A DNA stretch of 64,000 nt from Candidatus Bathyarchaeia archaeon (GCA_049516875.1 JBEKSS010000003.1:174759-238758), one strand, 5' to 3'; shown: positions 38,116 through 48,609, numbered from the stretch's first letter. Notes: generated from the sequence alone by a model not told the origin. Numbers and translations are program-made.

Positions 38116-38358
38116 ATGGTGGAAGCTTTGATTCTCATCCGCGTAGGTTCAAGTGAGACCATGAACTTCATGAAAACCATGAAAGAAGAACTCTGCAAAA
38201 TCAAAGGCGTCAAAGATGTTTACGGCGTCTTCGGCCGCTACGACTTCGTCGTGAAGGTGGAGACAAGGGCACTGGAGGAACTGGGTAGGCTTGTCACCGA
38301 CTCCATAAGGGGCATCAAAGGAGTAGAATTCTCCGAAACACTAGTGATGGGCTTCTAA
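38116..38358 (+). CDS. Stand-alone Lrp/AsnC ligand-binding (RAM) domain protein
   Basis: MVEALILIRV...GVKDVYGVFGRYDFVVKVE...IRGIKGV..SETL. Confidence 0.9.
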   Translation: MVEALILIRVGSSETMNFMKTMKEELCKIKGVKDVYGVFGRYDFVVKVETRALEELGRLVTDSIRGIKGVEFSETLVMGF

Positions 38359-38514
38359 GAACCGCAACACTAGACACTGAAAATCCTAATACAAATCTCC
38401 TTTTTTTCTTTGCAAACGTCATTGAATATTGTCTTATATGCTCTTGCCGATAATTAATACCTGCTTCCATCAGTCTAACGTTCACGTGCCAGAATGAAAT
38501 GGTGAGGTTGAAAG

Positions 38515-39213
38515 TTGAAGGTTAATCTTCTCCGCCACACGACAGATTCGGAGCTTCTGTGCGGGGCTGCGGCGTCGACGACTATAAAGAGCGGGAGGCC
38601 CTCGGAAATCTTGGCCAAAATGGACTTGGAAACGGCCAAACGGAAGATCAGGCAGGTGACGGGTTACGGGCACGCATCGGTCATCGAGCACGCTTCTTTC
38701 ACGTTCAGCATTGAGGACGTGTCCAGAGCCATGACGCACCAGCTTGTCAGACACCGCATTGCCTCGTACACGCAGCAGAGTCAACGCTACGTAACGTATG
38801 ACACTATAGAAAAGTACGTGACGCCGCCGAGCATAGCTCGCAACGCGGAGGCCAAGAAGGTTTTCGGCGAGGCGCTGGAGAAAATCTCCGAGACGTATGG
38901 GCAGCTTATGAGAATGACGATTCCGAAGGAGGATGCACGGTTTATCTTGCCGAACGCTGCGAAAACCAACATCATGGTTACGATGAACGCACGCGAACTG
39001 CGGCACTTCTTCAACCTGCGCTGCTGTGCGCGCGCCCAGTGGGAGATTAGGGAAGTCGCCACGGAAATGCTGAAGCAGGCGAGGAAAGCTGCGCCAGCTC
39101 TGTTCGATAACAGCGGGCCCTCATGCGTCGAACTTGGATACTGCCCCGAAGGAAAAATGAAGCCGCCAGAATGCAGCGTCTCAGAGATAAAGGCAAGGTT
39201 TCGAAGTCTGTAG
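38515..39213 (+). CDS. thyX: Flavin-dependent thymidylate synthase
   Basis: GHASVIEH, SRAMTHQLVRHR, SQRYV, EDARFILP and AQWEIR. Confidence 0.97.
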   Translation: MKVNLLRHTTDSELLCGAAASTTIKSGRPSEILAKMDLETAKRKIRQVTGYGHASVIEHASFTFSIEDVSRAMTHQLVRHRIASYTQQSQRYVTYDTIEKYVTPPSIARNAEAKKVFGEALEKISETYGQLMRMTIPKEDARFILPNAAKTNIMVTMNARELRHFFNLRCCARAQWEIREVATEMLKQARKAAPALFDNSGPSCVELGYCPEGKMKPPECSVSEIKARFRSL

Positions 39214-39244
39214 CAACTGTTCTGTTCAAATTCAAGCGATGTAA

Positions 39245-40120
39245 ATGACGGGACTGAAAGTTCTTGCTATACCCACGGAATACTGGAGACCTGGAGAGGA
39301 CTACCTGAAAGAAACAGTTAAGGCGGTTAGAGGAAAAGTTGTTGACGATGATTTTGTGGTCGTGTCGGAGAAAGCAATATCAGCCGCCTTGAATAACATC
39401 GTGGACGAGAGCAAGGTTAAGCCTGGCCTCGGCGCGAAGTTCATTGCGAGTTTTTGGATGAGAACGTGTTGGGGATATTTCCTCGGGCCATTGTGCCATC
39501 TTCGGCAGAAGCTGTTGTTGCAGCTTCGCAACTACCCTTTGGAAATGGGAAGCCGCCACAAGCAGGTTGCTCTGCAACATGCAGGCTTTTTGCAGGCTCT
39601 GATGTTTGGTTCCGAGGGAGGCATTGACGGAAGCAACTTACCGTACTCTTACGTGAGTCTTCCGCTAAACAGGGCTGATGAAGTAGCTGAGACGATACGT
39701 CTGCAGATATGGGCGGCTTCGGGAAAGAGGGTGTTCGTGATGATTGCGGATACTGATAAGACGTATTCGGTTAGGAACTTTCATTTTACGCCACGGCCAA
39801 ACCCGTTCAGGGGCATCCATTCTTTCGGAGGGTTTGCTGCCTACGTTGTCGGGCGGATGCTTAAGCTTGAGAGGAGGGCTACGCCTTTGGCCTTGGCTGG
39901 ATGTTCCATGTCGCCCGGAGTGGCTTTGAGAGTCGCTGAGGCTGCGAATCGTGCTAGAGGTTTTGGGGCGGGCAGAACCGTGTGGGATATGGCTGAAACG
40001 TTCAGGGTGTCGTTGGCTGATGTGAGTTGGCAGATGCTTGAGACAGTAAGACATAAACCTATAGTCATTGTTAGGAAAAGCGGAGAAATGGGCGGATGGA
40101 AGAGGAAACAAGGAAGCTAA
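39245..40120 (+). CDS. CofE-family (F420-0:gamma-glutamyl ligase-like) protein
   Basis: VVVSEKAIS, GGIDGSN, VMIADTD and TPLA motifs. Confidence 0.82.
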   Translation: MTGLKVLAIPTEYWRPGEDYLKETVKAVRGKVVDDDFVVVSEKAISAALNNIVDESKVKPGLGAKFIASFWMRTCWGYFLGPLCHLRQKLLLQLRNYPLEMGSRHKQVALQHAGFLQALMFGSEGGIDGSNLPYSYVSLPLNRADEVAETIRLQIWAASGKRVFVMIADTDKTYSVRNFHFTPRPNPFRGIHSFGGFAAYVVGRMLKLERRATPLALAGCSMSPGVALRVAEAANRARGFGAGRTVWDMAETFRVSLADVSWQMLETVRHKPIVIVRKSGEMGGWKRKQGS

Positions 40121-41613
40121 GCGCTTTTTTTAAGCCTCACTCGGTCGCGATTGTCGGAGCAACGAAGAGGATAGACAAGGCAGGCCACGTGATTTTCAAG
40201 AATTTTGTTGAAAACAAGATGAGAGGCGTCTACAAAGGCGAACTCTACCCTGTTAACCCGACTGAAGGCTCTATAATGGGCGTTAAATGTTACCCTTCGG
40301 TGACTAAAATCCCTGGTGAAGTGGAGCTGGTGGTTGTTGTTGTTCCAGCGGCTGTTGTGCCGACCATAATGAAGGACGCGGCGGCTAAGAAGGTCAAGGA
40401 TGCCGTCATAATCAGTTCTGGCTTCGGGGAAGTTGGAAACCATGAGCTTGAGCAGCAGATAGTTGACATAGCGAAAGAAGCAGGAATACGCTTTTTGGGA
40501 CCGAACTGCCTGGGAGTTTACGATTCGCGGACCGGCGTGGACATGCTTTTTCTGCCCGAGACGAAGGTCTTGTCGAATGGAGACGAGGTCATCGCTACAC
40601 CGCGGCCGATTCCTGGAAACATTGCTATTGTTACTCAGAGTGGGGCTTTCGGCGTTGCGGCTCTGGATTACCTGGCAGGCCGAGAGGTGGGAGTCAGCAA
40701 GTTTGTGAGTTTCGGCAACAAGGCCGATGTGAATGAGGGCGAAATGCTTCATTACTTGTTGCATGATGATGAAACCAAGGTTATACTGTTGTACGTTGAA
40801 GACATCAAGTCTGGGCGCGCGTTCATCAAAGTAGCCGAGAAAGTCACGCTGAGAAAGCCTGTTGTGGCCATCAAGTCGGGAAGGACAGATGCGGGAGCAA
40901 GGGCTGCGACTTCACACACAGGAGCCCTGGCTGGTTCAGACAGGATTTACGACGCTGTGTTCGAACAAACGGGGGTCTTGAGGGCACAGGACATGGACGA
41001 ATTCTTCCACATGGGAAAGGCCCTGGCCATGCAGCCGCCTGCAGCCGGAAAAAACGTGGGAATAGTCACTGACGCCGGAGGTCCGGGCATAATGGCTGTT
41101 GACGAATGTGAATTGAAAGGGTTGAATGTCATACGCTTCTCTGAGAAAACCGTGGGCAAGTTTGAGAAGCTGAAGGTGGAGGGAAAACTGCCCAAGTTTG
41201 CGTCAAACCTTAACCCCGTGGATGTAACTGGTTCAGGGACAGATGAAATGCTTGACTTGTCAACCAAGATTCTTTTTCAAGACCCAGAGATCTGCGGCAT
41301 AATACTGCTCGGTCTTCATCATATGCCAGCGTTGCAGGGAGATTTCATTGACGATGTGGCAAGAATGGCGCTTGCCTATGACAAGCCTATCGTTGCATGC
41401 GACATCGGAGAGACAGAAATGGCTCTGCACATACGTGCCCGGTTTGACAAGCAAGGTATCCCAGCTTATTCGTCACCGGAAGACGCTGCAAGGGCAATGA
41501 ACGGTTTAGTGAAGTATGGACGTTACCTGCAGAAGAAGCAGTGTCTAGAAGAGTATATGCAAAGCTTTCTGCAAAGCAGACGGAAAAGGTTTGGCGTCAA
41601 AGCATCACCTTGA
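40096..41613 (+). CDS. acdA: ADP-forming acyl/acetate-CoA ligase alpha subunit
   Basis: SVAIVGA, GPNCLG, TQSGA, SFGNKAD, SHTGALAG (phospho-His) and NPVDVTG. Confidence 0.92.
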   Translation: MEEETRKLSAFFKPHSVAIVGATKRIDKAGHVIFKNFVENKMRGVYKGELYPVNPTEGSIMGVKCYPSVTKIPGEVELVVVVVPAAVVPTIMKDAAAKKVKDAVIISSGFGEVGNHELEQQIVDIAKEAGIRFLGPNCLGVYDSRTGVDMLFLPETKVLSNGDEVIATPRPIPGNIAIVTQSGAFGVAALDYLAGREVGVSKFVSFGNKADVNEGEMLHYLLHDDETKVILLYVEDIKSGRAFIKVAEKVTLRKPVVAIKSGRTDAGARAATSHTGALAGSDRIYDAVFEQTGVLRAQDMDEFFHMGKALAMQPPAAGKNVGIVTDAGGPGIMAVDECELKGLNVIRFSEKTVGKFEKLKVEGKLPKFASNLNPVDVTGSGTDEMLDLSTKILFQDPEICGIILLGLHHMPALQGDFIDDVARMALAYDKPIVACDIGETEMALHIRARFDKQGIPAYSSPEDAARAMNGLVKYGRYLQKKQCLEEYMQSFLQSRRKRFGVKASP

Positions 41614-41986
41614 CTTCGACAGGGTCACCGTCTGAGAGATGATGCTTCTTCCGCAGGTTTTCCGGTCCAATAATCTCTATCAGATCTTCTGGGTAACCGG
41701 GGACTTCTGGAACGACAATGGCACACTTCAGTTCGGCCATGAAGGCGGCTTGGAAACACTTTCCCCTGTGGAAACCTGTAGCGGGCACGATCTTGACGCC
41801 GTTGCCTTCTGCCAGTGCTTTTTTGAGTTTGACACTTGCTTCCGTAATTCTCACATTCAACGTTCCAGGATAGGGGACAAAGCCGAATTCTTCTTTAGTC
41901 TGCTTCTTCACCCATGGAAGCTTCATGAACTTTGCTCCCTCACCCTTCCCTGAAGAAATCCTGCCTTCCAAACATAGAGTCTTCAA
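41597..41986 (-). CDS. ribK: CTP-dependent riboflavin kinase
   Basis: GRISSGKGEG, PYPGTLN, IEIIGPENLR and LSDGD. Confidence 0.92.
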   Translation of the reverse strand: MKTLCLEGRISSGKGEGAKFMKLPWVKKQTKEEFGFVPYPGTLNVRITEASVKLKKALAEGNGVKIVPATGFHRGKCFQAAFMAELKCAIVVPEVPGYPEDLIEIIGPENLRKKHHLSDGDPVEVKVML

Positions 41987-42049
41987 GAATGCTTCCTACT
42001 GTATGATCGAAACTGCCGAAATGATGGTTAGGAATCGTGTGTGGAGGTT

Positions 42050-42418
42050 CTATTTCTGTTCTTTCAGCCACGCTGCAACTTTCTTCATCAGTTTGTTGGT
42101 GGACATGTCAACTACTGGCACAATCATTTTTTCTCGAGTTTCGATTACAGGTTGGTACTTGGGCATGAAAGAGTACCCGAGAAAAGTCCAGTAGACTCGT
42201 CCGTGTTCAACAAGCATTTTAGCCGTGGTTTCGGTTGACGCTGGAAGCGGAAAATACAGAAAAATCGTGCCTTCGGCCCAGTACAGTCCTGCAGTCTTGC
42301 CGCCTGCAATGATTGACGCAAACCTTGCTATGTCATCAGGAGTTGTGAAGAAGTTTCGTTCCATTACGACGACTTCTTTGAAAGGTTCGTATTTTATCAC
42401 TACTTCCTCTTCGTCCAT
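42050..42418 (-). CDS. Conserved archaeal hypothetical protein
   Basis: Clean ORF co-oriented with ribK; 'YEPFKEVVVME' and 'LYWAEG..F'. Confidence 0.75.
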   Translation of the reverse strand: MDEEEVVIKYEPFKEVVVMERNFFTTPDDIARFASIIAGGKTAGLYWAEGTIFLYFPLPASTETTAKMLVEHGRVYWTFLGYSFMPKYQPVIETREKMIVPVVDMSTNKLMKKVAAWLKEQK

Positions 42419-42546
42419 GATGTTCACCTTTTGAGTTTCTATCTGGTTTAAGTTCCCTTTTAATGTTGTCATGGTTCCAGAAAAAGTTATAGAGCAGACG
42501 ATTGTTAAACGGTTAGACTGATATGCCTTAAGGAGTAGTTTGGGAT

Positions 42547-43626
42547 TTGCCAGAAATTCGAGTGGCGCTTGTAGGCGTGGGAAACTCGGCGTCGGCGCTT
42601 GTTCAAGGGGTGCAGTACTACAAGGATGCCGGAGAGAACGTGACGGTGCCGGGTTTGATGCATGTTAATTTTGGAGGATACCACGTTAGGGATGTGAAGT
42701 TTGTAGCGGCTTTTGAGGTGAACAAGAACAAGATTGGAAAAGACTTGGCTGAGGCCATATTTACGGCGCCGAACTGTTGTGCCAAGTTCGCGGACGTGCC
42801 GAAACTGGGAGTAAAAGTCTCACCTGCCCCGGTTCTGGACGGTGTAGCTGAGCACATGAAAGAAGTTTTCAGTGTTTACAAAGACGGTGAGGTCAAGCCG
42901 GCAGATGTTGTGGAAGTGTTGAAGGAATCGAAGGCGGAGATTCTTGTTAACTATCTGCCTGTTGGTAGTCACAATGCGGCGCGGTTTTATGCTCAGGCGG
43001 CCCTGGACGCTGGCTGTGCTTTTATCAATTGTATGCCAGAGTTTATCGGTTCAGACTTCGCATGGGGGAAAAAGTTTGAGGAAAGAGGGCTTCCGATTGC
43101 GGGTGACGATATCAAAAGCCAGTTGGGCGCCACAATCCTGCATCGCGCATTGGCCAGGCTTTGCGTAGACAGAGGTGTGATCATCGACGAGACTTATCAG
43201 CTGAATCTGGGCGGGGACACGGATTTCTTGAACATGACGGTTGAGGAGCGGTTGAAGACTAAGCGCATAAGCAAGACGGAGGCGGTTACGAGTCTTGTGC
43301 CGTACGATCTGCCCACTCGGATTGGGCCTTCGGACTACGTGCCTTTCTTGGGGAACAAGAAGATCTGTTATATTTGGCTGAAAGGAAGAAAGTTCGGGGA
43401 CAGGCCGTTGACGGTGATGGTGAAGCTTGAGGTTGAAGACTCACCTAACAGTGCAGGCGTGGTGATTGATATTGTACGAGCGGTGAAGATAGCTCTGGAT
43501 CGCAAGATATCTGGGCAGCTTCTCAGCATGTCTTCTTACGCGTTCAAGCATCCGCCTATCCAGGTGCCAGATTCTTTGGCAAGACAGTCGGTGGAAGAGT
43601 ACATACAGGGAAAAAGAGAACGCTAG
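42547..43626 (+). CDS. ino1: Myo-inositol-1-phosphate synthase
   Basis: GVGNSASALVQG, NYLPVGS, GDDIKSQLGAT, GGDTDFLNM, SKTEAV and DSPNSAG. Confidence 0.97.
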   Translation: MPEIRVALVGVGNSASALVQGVQYYKDAGENVTVPGLMHVNFGGYHVRDVKFVAAFEVNKNKIGKDLAEAIFTAPNCCAKFADVPKLGVKVSPAPVLDGVAEHMKEVFSVYKDGEVKPADVVEVLKESKAEILVNYLPVGSHNAARFYAQAALDAGCAFINCMPEFIGSDFAWGKKFEERGLPIAGDDIKSQLGATILHRALARLCVDRGVIIDETYQLNLGGDTDFLNMTVEERLKTKRISKTEAVTSLVPYDLPTRIGPSDYVPFLGNKKICYIWLKGRKFGDRPLTVMVKLEVEDSPNSAGVVIDIVRAVKIALDRKISGQLLSMSSYAFKHPPIQVPDSLARQSVEEYIQGKRER

Positions 43627-43904
43627 TAGCACGCTTCGCTGTAGAGCGTGCGTTGGTTAGGGAAAGTTGGTGGTTGTGTTGGGTTTTGAGGTCTTGTGTT
43701 TGAGTGCTCAATCCGTGATTTCTTTGAGTGTCAAAACGTTGTTGAAGCATGTTGGTTCAGCGCTTTTTTTACTCAATTCTGCATGGTTTTTGAGTGTGGA
43801 AAGTTTCGGTATGTTGAGTTTCTCATGTTAGAGTTGACATTCTTGTGTTTGAGTGCTCAATCCGTGATTTTTTTGAGGCTCAATTTGTCGAGTAGCGTGT
43901 GCTA
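43627..43904. mobile_element. Non-coding MITE-like element carrying copies 2 and 3 of the 43-bp repeat
   Basis: Ends tagcacgc...gcgtgtgcta; repeat copies at 43695-43737 and 43844-43883. Confidence 0.55.
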
Positions 43905-44057
43905 AGAATAGAGTCATCTCTTGACACGCTTTCTTCTATTGTCTCAAAACTTCTGGCGCATCATGAGGATGCAGCTTCGGGTCTACTTGGGCGGGTTTGC
44001 GGTGAAAAACGTGTTCAAATTGCATGCAGTTTAACCTGTGCGAAAGCGGGGTTCGTC

Positions 44058-44384
44058 TTACTCGAGTTTTTCTCCGCATTTGGTGCAGAAGGTGGCATTG
44101 GTTGGGCTTTTTTCTCCGCAGCTTTTGCAGGTGACTGGTTGTCTGCTTCTGGACTCTTTGAAGTCTTCTTTTACGGTTTTGAGGGCTTTCTGTATTTCTT
44201 TGGCGGCTGTTTGGAACGCCTTTTCCATTTCGACCCCCATCTTTGAGAAGGCCTCTCTCCAGTCTTCTGTGGGAGCGGAAACGCCTGCTTCTGCACCATG
44301 TTTGGTCCTGAGGCCACACTTGGTGCAGAAATTCGCGTCGTCAGGGAGTTTTTCACTGCAATTGGAGCAAAAAACCATGAACAT
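44058..44384 (-). CDS. Double zinc-ribbon domain protein
   Basis: CSNC..CTKCG and CKSCG..CTKCG flanking an amphipathic helix. Confidence 0.85.
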   Translation of the reverse strand: MFMVFCSNCSEKLPDDANFCTKCGLRTKHGAEAGVSAPTEDWREAFSKMGVEMEKAFQTAAKEIQKALKTVKEDFKESRSRQPVTCKSCGEKSPTNATFCTKCGEKLE

Positions 44385-44727
44385 CGCCTACGGCAAACAG
44401 TTGAAAAGAACGATTTAAGCATTACTATCCCGTGGATACTGTTAAGTTAAGCTACCTAATCTGGTCACGGAACCTTTTGAGCGCGAGCCAGTCAAAGCGA
44501 AGCTAATCCTCGCACGCTTGTCTCAACTCATTGGTGACTCTCAAAAGGAATCAAATCAGAGAGTGAAATGAAGCTAAAGTATGAGACGAAGTTTATTGTG
44601 AGATTAAAGCATTCGAACTTCGAAATATTCGTGATTCATAAAGCATATTTATCATATGGTTCAAAACCGAGTGAGTGAGTTCAAGCCTGCGTTAAGATAA
44701 ATGGAAAGAACTATGCGTTGACAGCGT

Positions 44728-45369
44728 GTGAGTGGAATGGATATAAATCAAAAAACAGCGAAGATCCCGTTTTGGGTTTTGTATGGCTTAGCGGCAGGCA
44801 TCAGTGTCTTTGATCTCATTTTTACTTACGTATTCTTAAGCAGTAATTCCGCGGCTCATGAAGGCAACCCCGTACACGCTTATTTTGCCAGCATAATTGG
44901 CCTAAGATATTTTCTTTTTCTGATTCCAATATCTCTTCTTGCCTTTTATGGCATAATCAAATTTGCAGGGTGGGCGATTAGACGCTTAGACAAACGCACC
45001 GAAATAAACGGCGAAAATTTCATGGCGGTTATTATTATCTTGTTGACGTTTCCCAATGTTTTGATAAACGAGATATTCACTGTTCTGTTCGGAAAACAAG
45101 TATTACGATTGGGGTTTGATCCTGCCTTGATGTTGGCGGTAGTTCTCACTTTGGTTTATATTACATTAGCAGATGTAACGGATCGTAAGGCCAAAAAGAA
45201 GAAAAAAGACAATGCTACTCTTTGCAAAGATATAACGAAGACATATAGCGCACGCGCCATGTGTGATATTGGTTGTTTTGACTATTCGATCTTTGCTTTT
45301 TCCATGATTCGCTTTTCATATTCCGCTTGTGTCAAGATGCCTTTTCCTCTAGCAGCTCAACAAGGCTAG
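44728..45369 (+). CDS. Hypothetical membrane protein (DUF5658-like 'D..FT......EGNP')
   Basis: About 4 TM with FDLIFTY...HEGNP; AT-rich. The C-terminal tail may be spurious read-through. Confidence 0.6.
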   Translation: MSGMDINQKTAKIPFWVLYGLAAGISVFDLIFTYVFLSSNSAAHEGNPVHAYFASIIGLRYFLFLIPISLLAFYGIIKFAGWAIRRLDKRTEINGENFMAVIIILLTFPNVLINEIFTVLFGKQVLRLGFDPALMLAVVLTLVYITLADVTDRKAKKKKKDNATLCKDITKTYSARAMCDIGCFDYSIFAFSMIRFSYSACVKMPFPLAAQQG

Positions 45370-45578
45370 AAGCATCGTATCCAGAAGGCTATCCCGTGAT
45401 ACTGTAACCTATTCGTATTGACGGAATGCCGATACTTGCTGATGCTGGTCAGTTTTAACTTGGTTTACGGTTGTGAAAGGGGAGCCGAGGATGAGTACAA
45501 AAACCGCGGACAGTTCCCGAGACCGCAAAGTTTAAGCAAGTTCTGGACATTTTGTCGTACTCGACTTGGTGTTGAAGT

Positions 45579-47153
45579 TTGGTTGACCTGCTTCTTATTT
45601 TTAAAGTCCATCAGCCCTACCGGCTTAGGGAGAGTTTTTTCTGGGAAAGAAGCATGTTCAAAAGGAAAGCCAGAGGGGAACTGTTTGATTTCTATTTCGA
45701 CAACTCTAAGAACAAAGAGATTTTCGATCGGGCGGCCAAGAAATGTTATTTTCCGGCAAACGGTATTCTGTTTGACCTAATCGACAGGTTCAAAAGGGAA
45801 AGAAAGAAGGTCAGAGTCTCATTCAGTATTTCAGGCGTCTTTCTTGAGCAGTGCGAGAGTTTCAACGCTGACCTGTTGGAATCGTTTAAGCAGTTAAGTG
45901 CAACGGGTTGCGTCGAGTTTCTGGATCAGCCCTACTACCATTCCTTGGCGGGATTGTATCCTGTGAGAGACGAGTTCATGGCTCAGGTCCGGATGCACCG
46001 TGAACTCATGAAAGACTTGTTCCACTCTGAACCGGTTGCCTTCGAGAACACAGAGCTGCTCTACAACAATGCCATCGCAAAGGTCGTGGACAAGATGGGG
46101 TACGGCGCCATATTCACGGAGGGAATTGATAGGATCTTGAAGGGTAGGTCGCCGAACTATGTTTACAAGGCTAAAGGCTGCGATAGACTCAGGATTCTCC
46201 TCAGAAACTTCAAATTGACAGATGACGTTGCATTCAGGTTTTCCGTAAGGTCGTGGAGCGACTGGCCTCTCACAGCCGATAAATACGCAGATTGGTTGGC
46301 ATCCACTCAGGGAGAATGCGTCACAATCTTTCCGGACTACGAGACTTTCGGAGAACACCACTGGCCTGAGACCGGCATACACGACTTTCTCAAAAACTTG
46401 CCGCTTGAAATCTTCAAGCATGAAAACCTCTCCATGTCAACCCCGTCTGAAGTGTTAAGTAAACACAGGCCCACAGGAGAAATCGACGTCGAGGAACTGG
46501 GCGGCACCGTTTCCTGGGCAGACATCAACAGAGACACGAGCGGCTGGCTAGGAAACACCATGCAATGGGCCTACTACACGACAAGCAAGGAGCTTGAACC
46601 CCTCGTCAGAGAATCAAACGACAGCGAATTCCTCAAGCTGTGGCGACACTTTCTGACGAGCGACCACTTGTATTACATGTTCTCAGCCGGAGGATCGCCC
46701 GGTGAAGTGCACACGTACTTCAGTCCCTACAAAACGCCGACAGACGCTTTCGTCACTGCACTGGGAGCCCTGCTCGACTTCGAATCAAAACTGCGGGAGT
46801 ATGTGTGCGCCGCAAACGAACCATTCCTATTCTACGAGGGCCCGGGAGAACAGAACTTCACGGGGATCAAAGCATGGAGCCTCATGGGCGTCGTCCAGGC
46901 AATTCAAAGAGTCGACACAGCCGTTCTCGAGTTTCACGACAGAGAAGGAGATTTTGAAAAGTGGGCAACCACGTCACTGCGGGACGAGGATCTGGGTAGA
47001 CGACTGAAACAGATTCGAGACTCTGGAATGCAAGGTGAAGAACTCCGTGCCGGCTTATTGACTGCGGCGCAATCCCGGTTGAATGAGCTCAAGAAGCGTT
47101 TCCTCCGTGAAGAACAGGTCTTCGACGTCAGGAAAAAGCAGACAACACTTTGA
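45579..47153 (+). CDS. GH57 alpha-amylase-type glycoside hydrolase with C-terminal DUF5752-like domain
   Basis: VHQPYRL, YYHSLA, FENTEL (nucleophile), DYETFGEH (acid/base) and TSDHLYYM; C-terminal 'F.FY....TG..A.SL...FH...GDF.KW....L.D..L'. Confidence 0.92.
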   Translation: MVDLLLIFKVHQPYRLRESFFWERSMFKRKARGELFDFYFDNSKNKEIFDRAAKKCYFPANGILFDLIDRFKRERKKVRVSFSISGVFLEQCESFNADLLESFKQLSATGCVEFLDQPYYHSLAGLYPVRDEFMAQVRMHRELMKDLFHSEPVAFENTELLYNNAIAKVVDKMGYGAIFTEGIDRILKGRSPNYVYKAKGCDRLRILLRNFKLTDDVAFRFSVRSWSDWPLTADKYADWLASTQGECVTIFPDYETFGEHHWPETGIHDFLKNLPLEIFKHENLSMSTPSEVLSKHRPTGEIDVEELGGTVSWADINRDTSGWLGNTMQWAYYTTSKELEPLVRESNDSEFLKLWRHFLTSDHLYYMFSAGGSPGEVHTYFSPYKTPTDAFVTALGALLDFESKLREYVCAANEPFLFYEGPGEQNFTGIKAWSLMGVVQAIQRVDTAVLEFHDREGDFEKWATTSLRDEDLGRRLKQIRDSGMQGEELRAGLLTAAQSRLNELKKRFLREEQVFDVRKKQTTL

Positions 47154-48609
47154 TTATACCGAGCTTGGTTAGGTAAAATCGGAGCCGGCGGAGGTTGTCT
47201 CTGAAAGACACGATGTAGCCAGAGTCTGAGAGCTTCTGAAGCAGACCATGCAGCTTGGTAACGCCTATCCCCAGTATGTCCGCTAACTCTGCTGGTCGCT
47301 TGGCGTTTTCGTCGTCGACGGCTCCAAGAATGTGCATCAAAAGAAGAATCCTCATTTCCGCAGGATATTCTTCGAACATGAGGAACGGAAATTTCATGAG
47401 AATCCCTTCGGGTCTGGGTCTCGCCAGTAATGCACGATTATAGACTTTCATCGTTCTTTCAACGATTGCGTTCCAATCATACTCTCTGAGGACTTTCTGG
47501 TACCCATTCTCGCGAATTCTCTTAGCGACATCAGGGTTTTTGAGTACCCTCAGGATTCCCCAGGCCAACGAATCCGAGTTGTTCACATAAACCTTAATGC
47601 CCGTCTTTTCATGCTCCACTATCTCAGCTAACCCTCCCGTGTCCGTCACGATGACCGGCGTCTTCGCGGCCATGGCTTCGAGGGCGGTTATGCCGAATGG
47701 TTCGTAAAGAGAGGGAAGGACAGCAGCGTCACTCGCTCTGTAAATTGAAATCAGCGTTTTTTCATCAACAAAGCCTGCGAAAAAAACATGGTCAGCCACG
47801 CCGAAATCATACGCTTCCTTCGCCAAGTAATCTTTCAATCCTCCTTCTCCGACGATTACAAAGTTCACCTTGGGCATTGCTGCCAACACTTTGGGCACTG
47901 CGCCGACGAGGACGTGCACTCCCTTCTCGTGCACGAGCCGTCCGACGAAGGACACTATTCTCTCTCCATTCTTTGCATACCGCTTCTTGACAGGCTTTGT
48001 GTTAACTTCGCCGCCGAATTTGGCGGCGTTCACGCCGTTTTGAATCACGTGAAGCCTGTCACCCTGCACGTTGAAAGCAGACGAAACCTGATCTGCCATG
48101 TAATTGCTGCAGCAGATGATCTCGGAACTCTGGTTGACAAGGTGTCGTTCCACCTCGTTTATGGTCCTCTGATAATCGTTATGGATTCCGCCCCTTCTTC
48201 CCATCTCAGTTGCATGAATCGTCGAAACCAAAGGTTTCGAAAAAGCGTCCCTGACCTTGACGGCCGCTTCCGTAACAAGCCAGTCATGAGCATGAATGAC
48301 ATCCACCTCTTCGCCGTTATCGTTTATGACGTCGATGGCCCTTTCAGCCATGGCCTGATTCATCGAAAAAATCCATCCTAGGAAGCTCGGAGACGGTATC
48401 TTCGAGTTGAAACGATGTACCATCACTCCGCCGACTTGCTCGTACTCCGGCGCTCCTGGAAAGTCACAGGTGACGACGTGGACCGTTACGTTTCTGCGGG
48501 CCAACGCCATCGAAAGATCATAGACATGCGAGGAGATTCCGCCTATGATTCTTGGAGGAAATTCCCAGCTAAGCATTAGAACACTGAGACGGCCAGCGGT
48601 CATCAACAA
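47128..48609 (-). CDS. GT4 glycosyltransferase with C-terminal winged-helix domain
   Basis: SWEFPPRIIGG, HAHDW, FVGRLVHEKG and YEPFGITALE, plus about 85 aa of wHTH tail. Confidence 0.92.
   Translation of the reverse strand: MLMTAGRLSVLMLSWEFPPRIIGGISSHVYDLSMALARRNVTVHVVTCDFPGAPEYEQVGGVMVHRFNSKIPSPSFLGWIFSMNQAMAERAIDVINDNGEEVDVIHAHDWLVTEAAVKVRDAFSKPLVSTIHATEMGRRGGIHNDYQRTINEVERHLVNQSSEIICCSNYMADQVSSAFNVQGDRLHVIQNGVNAAKFGGEVNTKPVKKRYAKNGERIVSFVGRLVHEKGVHVLVGAVPKVLAAMPKVNFVIVGEGGLKDYLAKEAYDFGVADHVFFAGFVDEKTLISIYRASDAAVLPSLYEPFGITALEAMAAKTPVIVTDTGGLAEIVEHEKTGIKVYVNNSDSLAWGILRVLKNPDVAKRIRENGYQKVLREYDWNAIVERTMKVYNRALLARPRPEGILMKFPFLMFEEYPAEMRILLLMHILGAVDDENAKRPAELADILGIGVTKLHGLLQKLSDSGYIVSFRDNLRRLRFYLTKLGIIKVLSAFS

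Noticed and set aside
43627-43904. Possible CRISPR array from the TTGAGTGCTCAA repeats
   Set aside because: Only two copies about 150 bp apart, with no regular spacers and no cas genes.
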